Origin: Bacteroidales bacterium
GTDB lineage: Bacteria; Bacteroidota; Bacteroidia; Bacteroidales; WCHB1-69
Assembly (NCBI GenBank): GCA_017544105.1
Contig: JAFYEU010000099.1
Span: 763 to 64,762 of the forward strand
Length of the DNA stretch: 64,000 nt
Direction: 5' to 3'
The notes under the pieces were generated by a model. It saw only the letters and a program-made list of their open reading frames with translations. It did no database searches and was not told the origin of the DNA. How positions within the stretch are numbered: the stretch's first letter is position 1; the number at the start of each line of letters is the position of its first letter. A program made the position numbers and the translations under genes. Shown one piece after another: positions 19,240 to 28,260 of this stretch.

Positions 19240-21165
19240 TTACCATCTCCAAGAGGTCTGAACCCTCAGCTCTGTCTTGTGCGGTTTGTCGATCTGGTTA
19301 AGCCCGCTGCTGATGGTGGTGCGGTCCAGATAATAGGTCTGCCCAACCCGAATCCAGCAGGAGAAGGCTTTGTACTGCAGCCGTACGACCAGATACCCCC
19401 GTATTCCTTTGTAGTAGTAGGAGCCGATGTTGAAGGCGTAGTAGACGTCGTCCTCGTAAGCATATAGCCGTTCCTCATAGCGCTGGGTGTCGAAATAGGC
19501 GATGCGGCCGTGGAAAGCCAGGCGCTCTTTCCAGCATTTGTAGCCGAAATCCTGATAGAGTAGCAGCCCGGAAAAGTGTTCGAGGGGCTGGCTGTAGACG
19601 TTGATTTTCCAAACCAAGCCCGACTTGCAAGTGAGTCCTTGGAGGGGCTGGTATTGCCATTGAAAACGCAGCCGGTGCAGATGCTGTCCCCGGACCCGCT
19701 TGTAGGGTAGGTCTTCGATGTTGATGGGTTTGTCGCGATATTGGTATCCTAATGCCCAGTGGCTGTTCCGGGATAGGGAACAGGTGAGAGTGGCGCCGGC
19801 ATCCAGGATGCTGGCGGGCGCGTCCAGCCGGTAAGAAGGATCATGCAGCTGGTAGTAGTCGAAGTAGTTTTTGAGTTCCAGTCTTCTGGTGAGGATGTGC
19901 TGAAGGCTGATGTAGACACCGCTTTCGCTGTGGTTTTGGCTGTTGGCGCCGAGTGCATTGCCCAGGGGTGCCTCATAGTCAGGGCTGTAGTGCCGCAGGA
20001 GAACCGCCAGCTGGGTGATGGCGGAGAGGGGTGCGACGAATCCCTGCAGCAAGGCCGGTTTTCCTCGCGAGGTGATGGCCACTTCGCCGAAGAGGAGGAT
20101 CTTGCGGATGGTCGTCTGGTAGTCGATACCCGCCGTGAGACTGCGGAAGGAGAGGGGAGGGTGGCCGGGCGGCCGCGGGGTGAGGGTGTCCCGAAGGAGC
20201 AGGCAGGCCACGCGGCCGCCCAAACGGAAGTGCCGATGGGTGTAGGCCACGTTGGCCCCCGTGACATGTTGCGTTGTCCCAAAGCGATTTCCCCAGAACA
20301 ACGTTCCTTGCAGCGAGGTGCTCCCCAAGGTGGCCGCCGCTCCCCGCAGAAAGTCCCCCTCGTTGGTGGGCGCGATGGCTCGGATGCCCGTGCTGAAGCG
20401 TCGCAACTGGCTGATGTCCCCACCACGGCCCGACAGCATCGCACTGCCTAGCACCAACCCCTGTCCGTAGTTGAGCCGATAGTCGCCCACCACCGCCTGC
20501 CGGAGCAAGCCCATGTTCTTGAGGGAGAGACTGCCACTGTAGAAGTCGAAGCCATAACGTTGCGCGCCCCGGAAAAACTGCTCTCCCGCATCCTTCTCTC
20601 CGGAGATCTTGAGGGATAGCTTGTCTTGCGATTCGAAAGTGTACCGGAAGCACAGATGGTCTCGCGAGCCTGGATAGAGGGTGCTGCGCGCGGGGTCATA
20701 GCCGGCCTGTCGCTCCAGCACCCAGCTGTCGCGCAACGTCAGGGTGCTCCGATGCTTTTTCCATAGATTCCGCCAGAACTCCTGCCTCGTCGGCACGGGC
20801 TCAGCCACCACCTTGTCTCTCAACCGCTGTACGTCCCGCTCACTGAAACCGGCTATAGCCGCCAATTCGTAAATGCTGACCAGCGGCCCCGTCTCTTCCA
20901 GGTATAATTGCAGCTGATAGTATTGATAGTCTGATAACTGCAAACGCTGTGTCGCTGCCTCGTAAGATAGCGCGTTGAGATTCATCTTGCCACCCTCATC
21001 CTCCAACAGCTCCAAGATCTCCTCGCTTGCAGCAGTCTCTTCCGTAGCCTCCCCGATAGTCTCCCAGCGCTGCTCCATCTGCTCCAAGAAGTAAAGACTG
21101 TCGGTCTGCCCGATGGCGGTCCCCATCATCAGGCATATCGCTATCGAGATGCTCTGTTTCTTCAT
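19240..21165 (-). CDS. Helix-hairpin-helix domain protein with predicted outer-membrane beta-barrel C-terminal region
   Basis: I placed the start at the internal MKKQSISIAICLMMGTAIG signal peptide (ATG 21165), not the ORF-track start. A ComEA-like HhH region is present (LVSIYELAAIAGFSERDVQRLRDKV). A long region of alternating beta-strands ends in ...ELRVQTSWRW, an aromatic terminus. Confidence 0.65.
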   Translation of the reverse strand: MKKQSISIAICLMMGTAIGQTDSLYFLEQMEQRWETIGEATEETAASEEILELLEDEGGKMNLNALSYEAATQRLQLSDYQYYQLQLYLEETGPLVSIYELAAIAGFSERDVQRLRDKVVAEPVPTRQEFWRNLWKKHRSTLTLRDSWVLERQAGYDPARSTLYPGSRDHLCFRYTFESQDKLSLKISGEKDAGEQFFRGAQRYGFDFYSGSLSLKNMGLLRQAVVGDYRLNYGQGLVLGSAMLSGRGGDISQLRRFSTGIRAIAPTNEGDFLRGAAATLGSTSLQGTLFWGNRFGTTQHVTGANVAYTHRHFRLGGRVACLLLRDTLTPRPPGHPPLSFRSLTAGIDYQTTIRKILLFGEVAITSRGKPALLQGFVAPLSAITQLAVLLRHYSPDYEAPLGNALGANSQNHSESGVYISLQHILTRRLELKNYFDYYQLHDPSYRLDAPASILDAGATLTCSLSRNSHWALGYQYRDKPINIEDLPYKRVRGQHLHRLRFQWQYQPLQGLTCKSGLVWKINVYSQPLEHFSGLLLYQDFGYKCWKERLAFHGRIAYFDTQRYEERLYAYEDDVYYAFNIGSYYYKGIRGYLVVRLQYKAFSCWIRVGQTYYLDRTTISSGLNQIDKPHKTELRVQTSWRW

Positions 21166-21938
21166 GACGGCTTGCTTTGACTTTGATACAGTAATTCGAT
21201 CGATGGCGTGATTCCCGTCCGATAGTACCAGTGGCCCTGCACGCGGAGCCGCAAGGTGCGCCAGCCGACAGATAGCCCGATGCCACACTGCCTGCTGCTG
21301 CAGGTGAGAAGGAACGATACTGCACGCTTGGGCGTGTAATGCACTGTGCCCCCGCACTCAAAGCCTATGGGCAGTCCCTTCTCGATGCTCAGGTCCAACA
21401 AGACCGTCCGCCCCGCAGCATAACGCATCAACACGTTGAAGGACATAGGGATCACCTCCTGGCCCACGATGCCATATCTCATCCGTATGGGATTGTATAA
21501 GGTCACCGCCAATAGCAACTTCTGACTCATCTGATAGGCCATGGAGAGGTGGATGGTGAAGGAGTGCACACCTGGATAGTGGCGGGCATGTCGCCATAGG
21601 TAGCATCCCTGCAGGACCACGCCTACCTGCTTCCCGAACCTCCGACCGTATCCGAGTCGGCACTCCATCGTCCCAAAGCCGGTGAATCCAATATGCCGGA
21701 TGCTCCACAACAAGCCGTTGCCTTGGAAGGTATGACTTCCCACCCATTCCATGTCTGAGATCTCCTTGGTTAAGAAGTGAGGCTGATAGTGACCATATAC
21801 GACGTGCCCATCCTCCCAAAGGAGGGTGGCGGGGTGGTGGGCAAGCAGGCAGTGTCCCGCTCCGAACATGCCTTGGCCCGATACCGCCCCCGTAATGAGT
21901 AAGCAGAAAAGCCCCAGATAGTATTTTGTCCGCGTCAT
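21162..21938 (-). CDS. Hypothetical outer-membrane beta-barrel protein
   Basis: I placed the start at MTRTKYYLGLFCLLITGAVSGQG (ATG 21938). The sequence shows beta-strand periodicity. Its stop overlaps the downstream start in an ATGA overlap at 21162-21165. Confidence 0.5.
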   Translation of the reverse strand: MTRTKYYLGLFCLLITGAVSGQGMFGAGHCLLAHHPATLLWEDGHVVYGHYQPHFLTKEISDMEWVGSHTFQGNGLLWSIRHIGFTGFGTMECRLGYGRRFGKQVGVVLQGCYLWRHARHYPGVHSFTIHLSMAYQMSQKLLLAVTLYNPIRMRYGIVGQEVIPMSFNVLMRYAAGRTVLLDLSIEKGLPIGFECGGTVHYTPKRAVSFLLTCSSRQCGIGLSVGWRTLRLRVQGHWYYRTGITPSIELLYQSQSKPS

Positions 21939-22086
21939 AGTCGTTTGTTTTTTTCCAGCGGCAAAAATAGAGCTAATTTTATTTAATTGCAAATAAAAAT
22001 TAACAAAGTATTTAAATTTACAATTGATAGTGAAAAATAAGGGGGTATGCCTATTGGCACAGACTCTCCTTTCGCGGCGGGCGGGC

Positions 22087-22797
22087 CTAGTGCAAGACCG
22101 AGGCAAGGATCTCCACGGAGGTGATCTGGTGCAGCTGGTCGTTGTGGATCTGGTAATAGCGGATGAGGTAATGGAGCAGGCTCATCCGGACCTGTCTGGT
22201 CGTGGCGGGGGCCGACTCTGTGATGAGCTGGTGGAGGTACAGGCTCTCTTCCGCCGGCATGGTGTCCTGCTCGTCCCACAGATAGGGTTGGAATTGTCCG
22301 TTCTGTAGGGAGAAGTAGGGATTCTGCGCAGAGTAGTTGTCTTCGGGAACAATACCTAGAAGGATGCTCAGGCGGATCAGAAACTGGAGAGGCAGGATGT
22401 TGAGTGTCACCTCCGGGGAGGTCAGTTTCAGAATCTCTTCTTCCAGAAAATGGAAAAGGACAGGGTCTTCGCCGGCGTCGTATAGCAGTTTGTACAACAG
22501 CTCGCAGTAGAACATCCGGATGGTGGTCACCGCCGGGTCGAAGTCGTATGGGGAGGTGTCGTGCCGGAGATCGGCATCCTTGAGGTATTTGAGTTTGTTG
22601 AGGTAGTGGTCATCGAAGGTGATGTTGAGCAGAGCCAGCGGGGCGAAGAGGGATGCGCGGAGGTTTTTCTTCTTGGAGAAGGCGTTTTTGATGATAAAAG
22701 ATTGGGTCCCGTGTTTCTCGGTGAAGAGTTTGACGATGATGGAGGTGTCGGAGTATTTGGTGGAGTGAAGCACTATGCCTTGGGTGGAGACATACAT
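22087..22797 (-). CDS. recO: DNA repair protein RecO
   Basis: Typical RecO N-terminal OB-fold sequence (GIVLHSTKYSDTSIIVKLFTEKHG.QSFI). Length is 236 aa. Confidence 0.85.
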   Translation of the reverse strand: MYVSTQGIVLHSTKYSDTSIIVKLFTEKHGTQSFIIKNAFSKKKNLRASLFAPLALLNITFDDHYLNKLKYLKDADLRHDTSPYDFDPAVTTIRMFYCELLYKLLYDAGEDPVLFHFLEEEILKLTSPEVTLNILPLQFLIRLSILLGIVPEDNYSAQNPYFSLQNGQFQPYLWDEQDTMPAEESLYLHQLITESAPATTRQVRMSLLHYLIRYYQIHNDQLHQITSVEILASVLH

Positions 22798-22812
22798 GGC
22801 TGTGAGTGTTTG

Positions 22813-25176
22813 TTAGTTGATAAACAGGAACTTGCCGGCAATATGCTCTTTGCCGTTTTCATCAGATACCATGACATAGTACACGCCGGTGGCGGGGCGT
22901 CGGCCGTAGAAATCGGTGCAATTCCAGACCACCTGTCCTCCGTTGCTGTAACCTTGCCAGATCAGCTTGCCGAGGGAGTCGGTGATCTTGCAGAGGGAGT
23001 GTTCTTTCAAGCCGCGAATGGCCACCACGCCGGAATAGTCGTGGCGCACGGGATTGGGGTAGATGAACAGTTCGTCTTGGTATTGCTCGAATCCTCGGAT
23101 GGCATCGCCCCGGTAGCTGACGAGTCCTTTGTCGGTGGCAAAGAACACTTCGCCGCTGATGTCGTCAATGCAAATGTTTTTGATGCTATTGGATAACAAG
23201 GGATGGTCTTCGGCGGTGAAATGAAGGAGCTGGGTCTGCCCGTCTTCGCTCATCAGGAAGACGCCGGCTTTGCTGGTGCCGATCCATTTCCGGTTGGCAC
23301 CGTCCACGGCGATGGCGGTGACCTCCTCCCACTCGAACAAGACCGACACATAGCCATCCTGTTCGAGGAGAATGTTGCGCGGAGTGGCCGTGCCCTTGAA
23401 GACATTCTGGGGGTAATAGATGACCTTGACGCCCTTGTCCGTGCCCAGCCAGATCTCTCCGTCCAGATCCTCTGCGATGCAATAGACGGTGGAGGAGGCG
23501 ACCTCGGCGGTGGCATTCATGCTTATCCCGATGAACTGGTCGTCGCCGGGGTTGTCATAGGTGCCGTTCTCGTTGAAGGCAACCAAGTTGTATCGGTTCA
23601 GCGAGGAGTTGCGGGGGAAGGTGATCCATTTGTACCCTCGGGAGTCTACCAACACATCCTTAGCCACGACGCCGACGGGCGAGGAGATCAGCACCCCGCG
23701 GGTGATATTGTACTCATGCCAGGTTCCGTTGGGCTCCAGCATCTTCAACATGTTGTCCGTCTGGCTGTTGGTAATCCATAAGTTGCCTTTGCTGTCGAAA
23801 TCCAGACCCGACACAAAGGTGAAGCCGGTGGAGCTGGCATCCAGGGGGGAGTTGTTCTTGTTATAATGGGCGATGGGCCGGTGCTTGTCACACTTGAAGA
23901 GTCCCTCGCCCCAGGAGGCCACGTACCACTCGTCCTCGTTGTTCGGGTTGATGATGACATTGACCAAGTCGGAGACAGGCATGCTGTCGGTGAAGTTGAC
24001 AAAGTCATTGGCGTTGGAAGCCCACTGCTGGTTTTGATACCAGCTGAGAGAGGGGAACAGGAATCCTTTGGCATAGGTGGAGTTGCTGTATTGTCCGGGC
24101 ACGATGGCCGTGATGCCATTATGGCTGCACATCCCCAACACATTGTTGCTGAAAGGTCCTGAAGAAGTGTAATATTTTTTGTAGAAGTAAGTCCGATTAC
24201 ACAACACCAACCCGAGAGACTGGTCCGCTATCCAGATGTTGTCCTGATCCAACGCGGTTTCCATGGCTTGCGGGTATCCGCCCTCTTCAGGATACCAGAC
24301 AGCGGTGAAGACCTCCTGCATGTCCGTGTTGAACACCTGGACGAAGTCCCAGTTGCAGATGGCCATCTCGTTCCCGTTGCTGTAGAGGTCGCGCACGTCT
24401 TGGAAGGTCAGCGTTGTGGGTGTCCAGCTCCCTTGGCCCAAGGCGTACAGCGTGTAAAGAGTCTCTTCTGCCACGATGTCAGGCTTGCGCACGGCGAACA
24501 GGGTCTCACCGAAATAGCAAAGCTGTCGGAACTCCACTCCGGAGGTCTCGGGCGCCAGATGCCACTCCCCGAAATTGGCAGGGTTGATATAACTCCGGGA
24601 GATGCTGAAGATACCCTTGTCGGTGCTGACGACGTAGTCCTTGTCAGTGATGGCGAAGTCGTAGGCGTGGTACATGACATTGCTGGTCTTGGTGAACCAG
24701 GTGTCTTCGATCAACAACTCTTCGATGTTGATGATGACCACCCCGAAAGGATAGACCAGGTAGGCAAGACCATCGCTGCAGTGTATCTCGGAGAGCTCCT
24801 TGGAACTGGAGATCTGCCGCTCCTTGATATTGTTGATGTTGAAGAGCTTGTCGTCTTTGATGAAGTCCAAGTTTCCATTGATGTAGCTGATGATCAGGGT
24901 TTTGGTCTCAGTGTCGTAGTACACCTTGTTGATGCCCACGTCGGAGAGACCCTCCACTTTGGTCCAGGAACTTGTGGCCGGGTAGTCGTCATTCATGGTG
25001 GACTTCTGCAGGAGCATCAAGCCGTTTTCGGCGGCGGCATATACATAGTCGTCGGTGACAGCCAGAGAGTGGAAGCTGTGTAGCGGGATGTGGGTGCTGA
25101 ACTTGCCGATGGCCGACTGGCAATGCAGGGCCAGGCAGAGCATCATACAGCCTATGGTTAGCAATAGTCGATTCAT
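22813..25176 (-). CDS. porZ: T9SS-associated double beta-propeller protein with T9SS C-terminal domain (PorZ-like)
   Basis: Has a signal peptide and is 787 aa. Propeller-type repeats recur throughout (W.GT..GL...). The C-terminal T9SS CTD reads FIYPNPV...GVYYVMVSD...GKFLFIN. Size and architecture match PorZ, but the family assignment is from memory, not a search. Confidence 0.5.
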   Translation of the reverse strand: MNRLLLTIGCMMLCLALHCQSAIGKFSTHIPLHSFHSLAVTDDYVYAAAENGLMLLQKSTMNDDYPATSSWTKVEGLSDVGINKVYYDTETKTLIISYINGNLDFIKDDKLFNINNIKERQISSSKELSEIHCSDGLAYLVYPFGVVIINIEELLIEDTWFTKTSNVMYHAYDFAITDKDYVVSTDKGIFSISRSYINPANFGEWHLAPETSGVEFRQLCYFGETLFAVRKPDIVAEETLYTLYALGQGSWTPTTLTFQDVRDLYSNGNEMAICNWDFVQVFNTDMQEVFTAVWYPEEGGYPQAMETALDQDNIWIADQSLGLVLCNRTYFYKKYYTSSGPFSNNVLGMCSHNGITAIVPGQYSNSTYAKGFLFPSLSWYQNQQWASNANDFVNFTDSMPVSDLVNVIINPNNEDEWYVASWGEGLFKCDKHRPIAHYNKNNSPLDASSTGFTFVSGLDFDSKGNLWITNSQTDNMLKMLEPNGTWHEYNITRGVLISSPVGVVAKDVLVDSRGYKWITFPRNSSLNRYNLVAFNENGTYDNPGDDQFIGISMNATAEVASSTVYCIAEDLDGEIWLGTDKGVKVIYYPQNVFKGTATPRNILLEQDGYVSVLFEWEEVTAIAVDGANRKWIGTSKAGVFLMSEDGQTQLLHFTAEDHPLLSNSIKNICIDDISGEVFFATDKGLVSYRGDAIRGFEQYQDELFIYPNPVRHDYSGVVAIRGLKEHSLCKITDSLGKLIWQGYSNGGQVVWNCTDFYGRRPATGVYYVMVSDENGKEHIAGKFLFIN

Positions 25177-26417
25177 ATCATGGATGTTTTGTTGATGGAT
25201 TTCTTGAGCATGTGGGCGGGTAGGATGGCAGTGAGGACGTTGATCAGCAGGATGGTGATCAAGATGAGCAGGAGATCGGTCAGGTGCATCTCGGCCGGAT
25301 AGTAGGGGATGGCATAGTAGCCGTCGCCACCGCCCAGTTTGATGAGGTGGAAGGTCTGTTGCAGCCAGCAGACGATCACGCCGAGGAGGATGCCGAGGAA
25401 TCCTCCGATCAGGGAGACGGCCATGCCCTCGTACAGGAAGATGCGCTGGATCAGCGATGGCGAGGCCCCCAGACTGTAGAGGATGGCGTTGTCGCGCTGC
25501 TTCTCCAGCACAAGCATGCCGATGGCTCCGATGATGTTGAAAGCAGCCACAAAGAGGATGAAGGCCAGGATGATGTAGGTTACGAGCTTCTCCGACTGCA
25601 TGGTCTTGAAGAGCGTCTCCTCCTGCTGTTGCTGGTTCTTGACGACAAAAGAGGGCCCGACGACGGTCTCGATCTCTTTTTGTAGCTTTTTGACATCGGC
25701 AGACGGATCTGTGTAGATGGCCATGGAGGTTGCCTGGTCTTGGTAGTGCATCAGGTTGCGGGCGAACTCGATGGGGCAGACGAGATAGTTCTGGTCGTGG
25801 TCGGTGTTGGAGGCGAAGACGCCGGTGGGGTAGAGGTAGTCGGTGTTGAAGGCGCTGGCGGGGTCGGCGAGGTTCTTCTTGGTACGCTTGGGGTAATAGA
25901 CTTTCAGCAGATCGTAGCTCTTCAGGTTGATGAGCAGCTTGCCCGCCGCTACAGTGCCGAGGTTGGCGCAGGCTTGCTCCCCGTAGTAGGGGCGCGCGTC
26001 CCCGTCCACGAGCACGTCGGCGTACACCTGCATGGTGCGCGAGCCGGTGTCCACGCCGATCAGCTGCAGCAGTTCCTGCCGGTCTTGGTAGGTGACCAAG
26101 GCCAAGTCGCTGACCATCTCGTCCACCTCGCTGACACCCTCGAGGCGCCGGAGCTTCTCCAGGGGGAACTCCGCCGTCTCAAACGACTTGCCCTCCCGGA
26201 GCGTGATCATGAAGTCAGGGTTGTTGTCGTTGAACCATCCGCTGATGGTCTCCTCCAGCCCGTTGAAGACGGACAAAACGATGACCAATGCCGCCGTGCA
26301 CACCATAATGCCCACCATCGAGACGATGGAGATGACATTGATGATGTTGTGTTTCTTGCGGGACACAACATATCGCTTGGCGATGAAAAAGGCGGTCTGG
26401 CGGCTGGCAGATTTCAC
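25173..26417 (-). CDS. FtsX-like ABC transporter permease (LolC/E family)
   Basis: N-terminus IAKRYVVSRKKHNIINVISIVSMVGI..., a large periplasmic loop and the C-terminal FtsX 3-TM bundle. rbfA lies directly upstream, which is typical synteny. Confidence 0.8.
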   Translation of the reverse strand: MKSASRQTAFFIAKRYVVSRKKHNIINVISIVSMVGIMVCTAALVIVLSVFNGLEETISGWFNDNNPDFMITLREGKSFETAEFPLEKLRRLEGVSEVDEMVSDLALVTYQDRQELLQLIGVDTGSRTMQVYADVLVDGDARPYYGEQACANLGTVAAGKLLINLKSYDLLKVYYPKRTKKNLADPASAFNTDYLYPTGVFASNTDHDQNYLVCPIEFARNLMHYQDQATSMAIYTDPSADVKKLQKEIETVVGPSFVVKNQQQQEETLFKTMQSEKLVTYIILAFILFVAAFNIIGAIGMLVLEKQRDNAILYSLGASPSLIQRIFLYEGMAVSLIGGFLGILLGVIVCWLQQTFHLIKLGGGDGYYAIPYYPAEMHLTDLLLILITILLINVLTAILPAHMLKKSINKTSMI

Positions 26418-26419
26418 GG

Positions 26420-26755
26420 CTATTGTTTCAGCAGTTCGTCAATGTGCTCGATATAGTCCAAGGTGTCGTCCAGGAAGAACTCCAGCTGAGGCACCACACG
26501 CAACTGGTTGCGGATGCGCTGCCCCAAGCGGAAACGGATGTCCTTGGTGTTGGCACGCACCGCCGCCACGATGGCCTCTTTGTCAGGCGCCATATAGACG
26601 CTCAGGTAAGCCCTCGCAATGGAAAGGTCGGAGGTGATGGTCGTCTTCGTCACCGTGATGAGGCAGTTGTAGAGGTTGCGACCATCGGCCACAAAGATGT
26701 TGGCCAGCTCCTTTTGCAATAATGCTGCTATCTTGTTTTGTCTTGTCGTATTCAT
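26420..26755 (-). CDS. rbfA: Ribosome-binding factor A
   Basis: 111 aa with RQNKIAALLQKELANIF...ITVTKTTITSDLSIARAYLSV...LRVVPQLEFFLDD. Confidence 0.9.
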   Translation of the reverse strand: MNTTRQNKIAALLQKELANIFVADGRNLYNCLITVTKTTITSDLSIARAYLSVYMAPDKEAIVAAVRANTKDIRFRLGQRIRNQLRVVPQLEFFLDDTLDYIEHIDELLKQ

Positions 26756-26782
26756 AAAGCTATCCTAAAAATAATCAGGCGG

Positions 26783-26790
26783 CAAAGATA
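26783..26790 (-). promoter_or_regulatory. Bacteroidota -7 box (tatctttg) for rbfA operon
   Basis: The reverse complement of caaagata is tatctttg, located 28 nt upstream of the rbfA ATG. Confidence 0.6.
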
Positions 26791-26810
26791 CGCATTTTGT
26801 TGGAAATAGC

Positions 26811-26863
26811 GATTAGGAGTTGTTGGGTGGGAGGTGAGGGAGTTAGAAGTTAGGCAAAGTGAG
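26811..26863. repeat. Heptamer-periodic GTT-anchored tract
   Basis: gattagg agttgtt gggtggg aggtgag ggagtta gaagtta ggcaaag. On the minus strand this reads CTAACTT CTAACTC ... . It sits exactly at the truncated 3' end of the RT remnant. Confidence 0.7.
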
Positions 26864-27207
26864 ACTAATTGTTTTGAAGCCAACGATACTTGGCTTGTCA
26901 CGATGCCATCCCGAATTGCCCCGGAGAGGCGTGATCTCAATAACCCCAGACAAATGGTGAACGATGTGATCGCGAGAATCGGCAGCGAATACTTCTCTTT
27001 TCTTCGGGCCGGTAATGATGAAGCAAGTAGAAGATTTTGGAGAGTAGGTTCGTGTGTAGAGTTCATTACACAACGTATCAAAATTATTCCTCAAGTCGGT
27101 TTCAAACCTTTGCTGATAAAGTTTGAATCGTTTGTGGCGGCGAGCATCAAGCCAAGCCTGACTCAGGCGGCCGTTGTCCTCTTGGGTGTGTGGGGGAGGA
27201 ACAAGGG
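26843..27207 (-). pseudogene. Reverse transcriptase remnant (N-terminal ~110 aa only; DGR/retron-type)
   Basis: The minus-strand frame reads ...EDNGRLSQAWLDARRHKRFKLYQQRFETDLRNNFDTLCNELYTRTYSPKSSTCFIITGPKKREVFAADSRDHIVHHL... . Position by position this mirrors bacterial RT N-termini (A..A.rgKr...F......l..L..EL....Y.P.....F.I..PK.R.I.aa.f.DR.V.HAL). There is no start codon, similarity is lost after HHL, and the frame stops at 26843. RT domains 2-7 are absent. Confidence 0.6.
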
Positions 27208-27951
27208 TTAGTGCTGACTGGCACGCACCGCACGCACAGGATATCCCTCATAGCGGTAGCTGGCGGAGGCGTACATGCCCTCGCGACCCGAGCTGAATCC
27301 GAAGGCCCACGCGAGCCCCGGGTAGTCCAGGTACAGCGCACTCGACCAGTAGAAGCCGAACTCACCCGTGCCATCGATACTCGGGCCGAAGGGGGCGCCG
27401 GCAGCGGGCAGGAAGAGGCTCTTACCATTGGATCCGGTCAGAAGGTGGCCGTTAACCCCATTTAGAACAATCCAAATGCTGGTAGTGTAGTCTATCAACT
27501 CTTCCCACTCGTTTTTAGTCGGTGTGCGGGCTCCACCGCCAAGGTTAGCCGTGGCGGCATCGTCAGAGGCCTGAAGGATGGTCTGGTTGTCTGTAAAGCC
27601 GTTAAGACCGTATGAAGCCTTATTGCAGTATTTAGTGAGCTTACCGTCGTCATTGCCGAATGCGTAGGTGCTCCAGCTATAGACATTCTTCGGGGTGGTC
27701 TCGCCCCAAGCGTAATAATTACCATAGTCCTCAAGGGCGCTGGCACCCACATTCCGATCTGCCCACAAGAGACCGCTCGGCAACCCGAGGTCAACCCAAA
27801 CAACAGAAGACGAGTTGCCGCCATTATTGCCGCCATTATTGCCACCATTGTTGCCGCCATTGTTGTCGCCATTGTTGTCTTCTCTGTCGCAGGACTGTAG
27901 CCCCACACCTAACAGAATTGCAACCATAAAAAATAAAACTGATCTTTTCAT
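27208..27951 (-). CDS. Lipoprotein with C-terminal DUF1566/C-type-lectin-like domain (DGR-target-like)
   Basis: I placed the start at MKRSVLFFMVAILLGVGLQSC (ATG 27951). An (NNGG)n linker follows. The body reads VWVDLGLPSGLLWADRNVGA...YYAWGE...PTKNEWEELI...FLPAAG...FYWSS...AWAFGF..G......GYPVRAVR. Confidence 0.7.
   Translation of the reverse strand: MKRSVLFFMVAILLGVGLQSCDREDNNGDNNGGNNGGNNGGNNGGNSSSVVWVDLGLPSGLLWADRNVGASALEDYGNYYAWGETTPKNVYSWSTYAFGNDDGKLTKYCNKASYGLNGFTDNQTILQASDDAATANLGGGARTPTKNEWEELIDYTTSIWIVLNGVNGHLLTGSNGKSLFLPAAGAPFGPSIDGTGEFGFYWSSALYLDYPGLAWAFGFSSGREGMYASASYRYEGYPVRAVRASQH
27817..27876. repeat. In-frame 12-bp tandem repeat (5 units) encoding (NNGG)n
   Basis: gccgccattatt x2, gccaccattgtt, gccgccattgtt, gtcgccattgtt on the + strand. 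This region forms the lipoprotein linker. Confidence 0.9.
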
Positions 27952-28046
27952 CGCAAAATATGTCCGAGGACCTCGGTTTTCTTTTAATCCGTGACGTTCC
28001 CATACCCTGCGAGGTCCTTTAAACAGGATATGGGAAAACATCGCTG

Positions 28047-28054
28047 CAAATATA
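28047..28054 (-). promoter_or_regulatory. Bacteroidota -7 box (tatatttg) for the DUF1566-like lipoprotein gene
   Basis: The reverse complement of caaatata is tatatttg. A second candidate, tacatttg, lies at 28066-28073. Confidence 0.45.
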
Positions 28055-28147
28055 TAAATATTTTACAAATGTACAAATATTTTATTGATTAAATTGTTTA
28101 TTTATTAATAAAGTGAAATTTTTTGTGAGAATAACCGAAGTTTCGTT

Positions 28148-28155
28148 TATTTTTG
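28148..28155 (+). promoter_or_regulatory. Bacteroidota -7 box (tatttttg) with no ORF behind it
   Basis: TAnnTTTG match. Downstream come a ~100-nt G-rich module and ~220 nt of periodic tracts, before a second -7 box at 28488. Confidence 0.45.
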
Positions 28156-28260
28156 CAGGCATGTCGGAGGTGTGCGGGGGACGACACGATGGGCGAGCGG
28201 CCGTTTGCGGATAACGCGTGCAGATGGGCGGAATCCCCGTGAATTGAGGGGGCGATTGGG
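28156..28260. repeat. G-rich module related to the island-flanking repeat (shares ggaggtgtgcggg)
   Basis: caggcatgtcGGAGGTGTGCGGGggacgac... shares the 13-mer ggaggtgtgcggg, preceded by the same c, with 38119-38130 in the left inverted repeat. The segment aattgagggggcgattggg resembles the unit found beside heptamer tracts elsewhere. Confidence 0.5.

Noticed and set aside
26760-27207. A template repeat (TR) for the putative DGR between the lipoprotein stop and rbfA.
   Set aside because: By eye there is no similarity between 27211-27340 and the downstream 450 bp or any other part of the window. For this reason the locus is reported as a remnant, not an active DGR.
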